From NCBI GenBank assembly GCA_031409655.1, contig JANNXQ010000254.1, positions 1-15,208 of the forward strand: 15,208 bases of DNA, in the 5' to 3' direction. This stretch comes from Chthoniobacteraceae bacterium. GTDB lineage: Bacteria; Verrucomicrobiota; Verrucomicrobiia; Chthoniobacterales; Chthoniobacteraceae. Both the position numbers and the translations under genes were made by a program. Below are positions 12,373 to 15,208 of the stretch, piece after piece. Position 1 is the stretch's first letter. Every line of letters starts with the position of its first letter. Below the pieces are notes generated by a model. It was given only the letters and a program-made list of their open reading frames with translations. It was not told the DNA's origin and made no database searches.

Positions 12373-12445
12373 GTAGTCGCGGGCTTTAGCCCGTCTGGAC
12401 GTCCGGTTGCTGCTGGCGGTTCTACGCGCTGAAGCGCGGGACTAC
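12373..12445. repeat. Inverted pair of 21-nt GTAG-type REP sequences (REPIN/BIME-like) in the TM-FGE linker
   Basis: GTAGTCGCGGGCTTTAGCCCG (+, 12373-12393) and GTAGTCCCGCGCTTCAGCGCG (-, 12425-12445). Each is a GTAG tetranucleotide followed by a 6-bp hairpin. Confidence 0.75.
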
Positions 12446-13534
12446 TTTTCTCCGCGCGCGCAGCACGAGACGCGTTCCCTTTTTTCCAAAAGAAAAGAAC
12501 GGTGGCGCTCGCGAGGACGACGCCCGCGGCGAGACCGATCCCGATGCCGCGCTTCGATCTGCGCGCCGGCGGTGCGGCGGCGGTGCGGCGGGCGGCGGCG
12601 CTTCCGCTCCCGGCGTGACGTGCGGCGTGGTCTGGATCGCGTCGAGATCCCGCCGCACCTCCGTCGCGGTGCCGTAGCGCAGTTCGCGATCCGTTTGCAG
12701 CGCTTTGTCCACCACGGCATCCAGCCGTCTATCCACCTGCGGGGCCACGCTGCTGGGCGAGGCAAACCGCCCTCGCGGGAGGTGCCCGGTGAGCATCTGG
12801 TAGAGCATCACGCCCACCGCATAGATGTCCGCCCGCTGGTCCACTTTCGTCCCGGCGATGAGGGCCTCGGGCGCGACGAAATCGGCCGTGCCCATCGCCA
12901 TCTCGGTGCCGGTGTGCAGCTCCCGGTTCAGGATCGCCGCCTTGGCCAGCCCGAAGTCCGCCACCTTCACGCGGCCCCTGGGGTCGAGCATGATGTTCGA
13001 GGGCTTGATGTCGCGATGGATGATGCCTTCCCCGTGCGCAAAGGCCAGCGCCTCGCACACCGCACTGGTGATCTGGATGGCGCGCCGCGGCTCGACGACG
13101 CCCTCGCGGGCGATGAGCTGGCCCACATCCGTGCCGTCGATGAATTCCATCACCAGGTAGAGCAGTCCCTCCGCCGTCTCCCCGGCTTCGTGGACGGCGA
13201 CGATGTTCGGGTGCGAGAGCCGGGCCAGCGTCTGCGCCTCCTGCCGGAAGCGCGCGGCGAATTGCCGGTCGCCGTCGTCGATGCCGGCTGGCAGCACCTT
13301 GATAGCCACCGTGCGCCGGAGCGCCTTCTGCCTGCCCCGATAAACCGCCGCCATGCCGCCGCGCGCGATGAAGCCACTGATCTCATACTGCGGCAGCGCC
13401 CGTTGCAGCTCGTCCACGCTCGGTGCCTCCCAGCTTTGAGGATAGCTGGCCGGCATCGGGTCGTCCCCGTCATCCTCCAGCCCGATGCGCAGCAGCGGGG
13501 CGATGTCGTCGTCGGAAAGTTCACGGGGGTTCAT
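12422..13534 (-). CDS. Hanks-type Ser/Thr protein kinase (370 aa as read, with out-of-frame tail)
   Basis: ARGGMAAVY glycine loop, VAIK, RFRQEA, HPNIV, YLVMEF, HRDIKPSN, DFG, MGTADFVAPE and DIYAVG. ATG at 13534 preferred over 13600. Confidence 0.9.
   Translation of the reverse strand: MNPRELSDDDIAPLLRIGLEDDGDDPMPASYPQSWEAPSVDELQRALPQYEISGFIARGGMAAVYRGRQKALRRTVAIKVLPAGIDDGDRQFAARFRQEAQTLARLSHPNIVAVHEAGETAEGLLYLVMEFIDGTDVGQLIAREGVVEPRRAIQITSAVCEALAFAHGEGIIHRDIKPSNIMLDPRGRVKVADFGLAKAAILNRELHTGTEMAMGTADFVAPEALIAGTKVDQRADIYAVGVMLYQMLTGHLPRGRFASPSSVAPQVDRRLDAVVDKALQTDRELRYGTATEVRRDLDAIQTTPHVTPGAEAPPPAAPPPHRRRADRSAASGSVSPRASSSRAPPFFSFGKKGTRLVLRARRKVVPRFSA
12570..12591. repeat. Exact 11-bp tandem duplication (CGGTGCGGCGG x2) at the frameshift site
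   Basis: Read directly: 12570-12580 is identical to 12581-12591. Confidence 0.9.
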
Positions 13535-13653
13535 GGCAAGGGGATGCGGCTTCGGGTGAAGATGAGTGGCCTTTCGAGATTCGTCATTGGGTTTCCTCAT
13601 TCTCTATACCCCGCAAGGGCGAAGACATTTCAGATGCAGACGGAAAAAAGACA

Positions 13654-13733
13654 AACATCGAACATCGAACATCGAAGTTCCGATGCGCCGCGTCACTTCG
13701 ATGTTCGGAGTTCGATGTTCGATGTTCGATGTT
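13654..13733. repeat. Inverted arrays of the heptamer AACATCG/CGATGTT in the divergent intergenic region
   Basis: (AACATCG)x3-AAGT, a 16-nt spacer, then ACTT-(CGATGTT)x5 with one degenerate copy (CGGAGTT). Confidence 0.9.
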
Positions 13734-13801
13734 CACTTTCCGCGCCTTCATCATTTCAGCGCTCGCGTAGTTACCGCAACTTCCATACTCTCGGCCCCGC
13801 G

Positions 13802-14536
13802 ATGGGTCCCTCATCTCAGGCAAACAGCCCCTTCCCCCTCACCCGCTGGTCCCTCGCCATCCGCCTGCACAGCGGCGATCCCGTCGAAGCCCGGCGCGCG
13901 GTGCAAGACCTCTTCACTGCGTATCGCTACCCGCTCTACGGCTACCTGCGCGGCAGCCACCTTGGCCACGAAGACGCCGAGGATTTGCTCCAGGGTTTCT
14001 TTGAAAAGATGCTGCGCACCGACTCCCTGGGCGATGCCGATCCGGCCCGCGGCAAGCTCCGCACCTTCCTGCTCACCTCGCTCGCCCGCTTCAAATCCAA
14101 CTGGCAGCGCGGCGAGCACCGCCGCCATCGGCGCGTGCGCGCCGAGGCCGACCTGTGGGATGCAGAAGAAGCCCGCTGGCAGCGCGAGCAAATCTCCACG
14201 CAGGAAACTCCCGAGCGCTTCTTCGACCGCCGCTGGGCCGCGGAACTCATCGCCCAAGCGCGCACCCGCCTGCGCGCGCAGTATGCCGAGCGTGGGAAGC
14301 TCGAGTTGCACGAGGCCCTGTCGCCCCTCTTGAGCAGCGAGGAGCCGGTGACGGAAGCCTTCGCCGACATCGCCGCGCGCTTTGGCATGACCGCCAACAC
14401 CCTGCGCGTGGCCCTCAGCCGCCTGCGCCGAGACTTCCGCGCGCTGCTGCTGCAAGAGGTGACCCACACGCTCGACGAAGGCGAAGACCCGCGCGTGGAG
14501 ATCCAGCACCTGCTCGGGTTGTTCGAGCGCGGTTAG
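13802..14536 (+). CDS. ECF (sigma-70 group 4) RNA polymerase sigma factor, PVC kinase-associated type
   Basis: FPLTRWS N-terminal motif, YRYPLYGYLR, HEDAEDLLQGFF, DPARGKLRTFLL, PERFFDRRWA and sigma4 HTH (FADIAARFGMTANTLRVALSRLRR). It forms the 3' part of the 709-aa track ORF. Confidence 0.9.
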   Translation: MGPSSQANSPFPLTRWSLAIRLHSGDPVEARRAVQDLFTAYRYPLYGYLRGSHLGHEDAEDLLQGFFEKMLRTDSLGDADPARGKLRTFLLTSLARFKSNWQRGEHRRHRRVRAEADLWDAEEARWQREQISTQETPERFFDRRWAAELIAQARTRLRAQYAERGKLELHEALSPLLSSEEPVTEAFADIAARFGMTANTLRVALSRLRRDFRALLLQEVTHTLDEGEDPRVEIQHLLGLFERG

Positions 14537-14611
14537 GTTCGATCAGATCCACTCCTTGGGCGGTGAAGGCGGCATTCTTTAGCGTTTGAAGGTTGGCGCC
14601 GGACCGGTGTG

Positions 14612-14634
14612 GCGGAGCTGAAGCCCCGCACTGC
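14612..14634 (-). repeat. Single REP-like hairpin between convergent sigma factor and toxin genes
   Basis: GCAGT-GCGGGGCT-TC-AGCTCCGC on the minus strand, with the same GCT-TC-AGC core as the REP at 12425-12445. Confidence 0.5.
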
Positions 14635-14649
14635 AATGGTGTGGCTTGA

Positions 14650-14943
14650 TCAAGGCCGTAGGCGGCGGCGGATTGATGAGGGACGTTGCCGACAATCGAT
14701 AACGGCACTGACGCGAACAACCTCTCCTTCGACACGGTAGTAAATCGCGAACGGGAATCGGCTCGCAAGACATCGATGCGAGCCATAGTCGACGCGGTGA
14801 ATGCCGGCATAAAGAAAGAGTGAATCGATATCGGCAAAGACAGAGTCGAGGAAGTAAGAGCCGAGACCGCGAGACTGCTCCTCATAGAAGTGGTAGCCGG
14901 CGACCAAATCTTCCTTGGCATCGTCGAGAACCTCGATCGTCAT
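14650..14943 (-). CDS. Type II TA toxin, RelE/ParE family (97 aa)
   Basis: MTIEVLDDAKEDL..GYHFYEEQSRGLGSYF, RFPFAIYYRV and AVIDCRQRP. ATGA overlap with the antitoxin stop. Confidence 0.85.
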   Translation of the reverse strand: MTIEVLDDAKEDLVAGYHFYEEQSRGLGSYFLDSVFADIDSLFLYAGIHRVDYGSHRCLASRFPFAIYYRVEGEVVRVSAVIDCRQRPSSIRRRLRP

Positions 14944-15158
14944 GACACCCGTCTGCGGATGTCTGATTTGGCCTGCTCCCAATCGGAAAAGCCTGCCTGG
15001 CCGGAGGTGATCCGGCGCTCTCGCTCTTCGAGAACGTCACGGTGCCAATCCGGAGATTCCAGCGATTCTGGGTCACGGCTCAAATCTGCCCAAAGGGCCT
15101 CCATCAGTTGGAGTTTCTCAGGAACGGTCATTTCGTTGATCGGTCTTGAGTCGGGCAT
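14940..15158 (-). CDS. Putative addiction-module antitoxin component (72 aa)
   Basis: MTVPEKLQLMEALWADLS...SPDWHRDVLEERE...FSDWEQAK pattern, small and acidic, directly upstream of the RelE/ParE gene. Confidence 0.85.
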   Translation of the reverse strand: MPDSRPINEMTVPEKLQLMEALWADLSRDPESLESPDWHRDVLEERERRITSGQAGFSDWEQAKSDIRRRVS

Positions 15159-15208
15159 GGCGCGATGATAGCGGAAATCGAACGCAATGCGAGCGTCTTG
15201 AGACCGGC

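Larger units (their letters stand above)
11460..13534 (-). pseudogene. Frameshifted Ser/Thr kinase - TM - FGE/SUMF1 fusion gene (687 aa if one 11-bp repeat copy is removed)
   Basis: Kinase frame runs to ...EAPPPAAPP. The FGE frame is open from ~12590 through a TM helix (RRSKRGIGIGLAAGVVLASATVLFFWKK) and ATKDAPFVNTLGMKFVPVP to GFRCVLA. Span 2075 bp minus 11 = 2064 bp = 688 codons. Confidence 0.8.

Noticed and set aside
13576..13602. TTCGTCATT/TTCCTCATT short repeat upstream of the kinase
   Set aside because: Only two degenerate units; it may be a repeat remnant but cannot be supported.
13654..13733. Possible CRISPR array
   Set aside because: The units are 7-bp contiguous repeats without unique spacers, and no cas genes are present.
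12407..13801. N-terminal 465 codons of the 709-aa + ORF, suggesting a giant sigma-factor fusion
   Set aside because: It is the antisense shadow of the kinase plus translated intergenic repeats (TSNIEHR, FDVRCS). Sigma homology starts at ATG 13802.

Overview
GC-rich bacterial window, most likely Verrucomicrobiota (inferred from gene content and repeat style). From left to right: a 5'-truncated alpha/beta hydrolase coupled to a DUF4105 (Lnb-like) membrane protein and a PPK2 polyphosphate kinase; on the minus strand an EboB-like TatD hydrolase, a small helical protein, a cytochrome b562-like protein and a large secreted S8 subtilase with six ~130-aa tandem repeats; an SCO protein and an APC permease; a Ser/Thr kinase-TM-FGE/SUMF1 gene divergent from an ECF sigma factor; and a RelE/ParE-type toxin-antitoxin pair. 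The most unusual object is the kinase-FGE gene. It is split by an exact 11-bp tandem duplication, and removing one copy restores a single 687-aa ORF. It also carries three different palindromic (REP-like) elements in frame, and its 3' end resembles a DGR variable region followed by a hairpin, although no RT or template repeat is present in the window. All family assignments come from motif recognition, not database searches.
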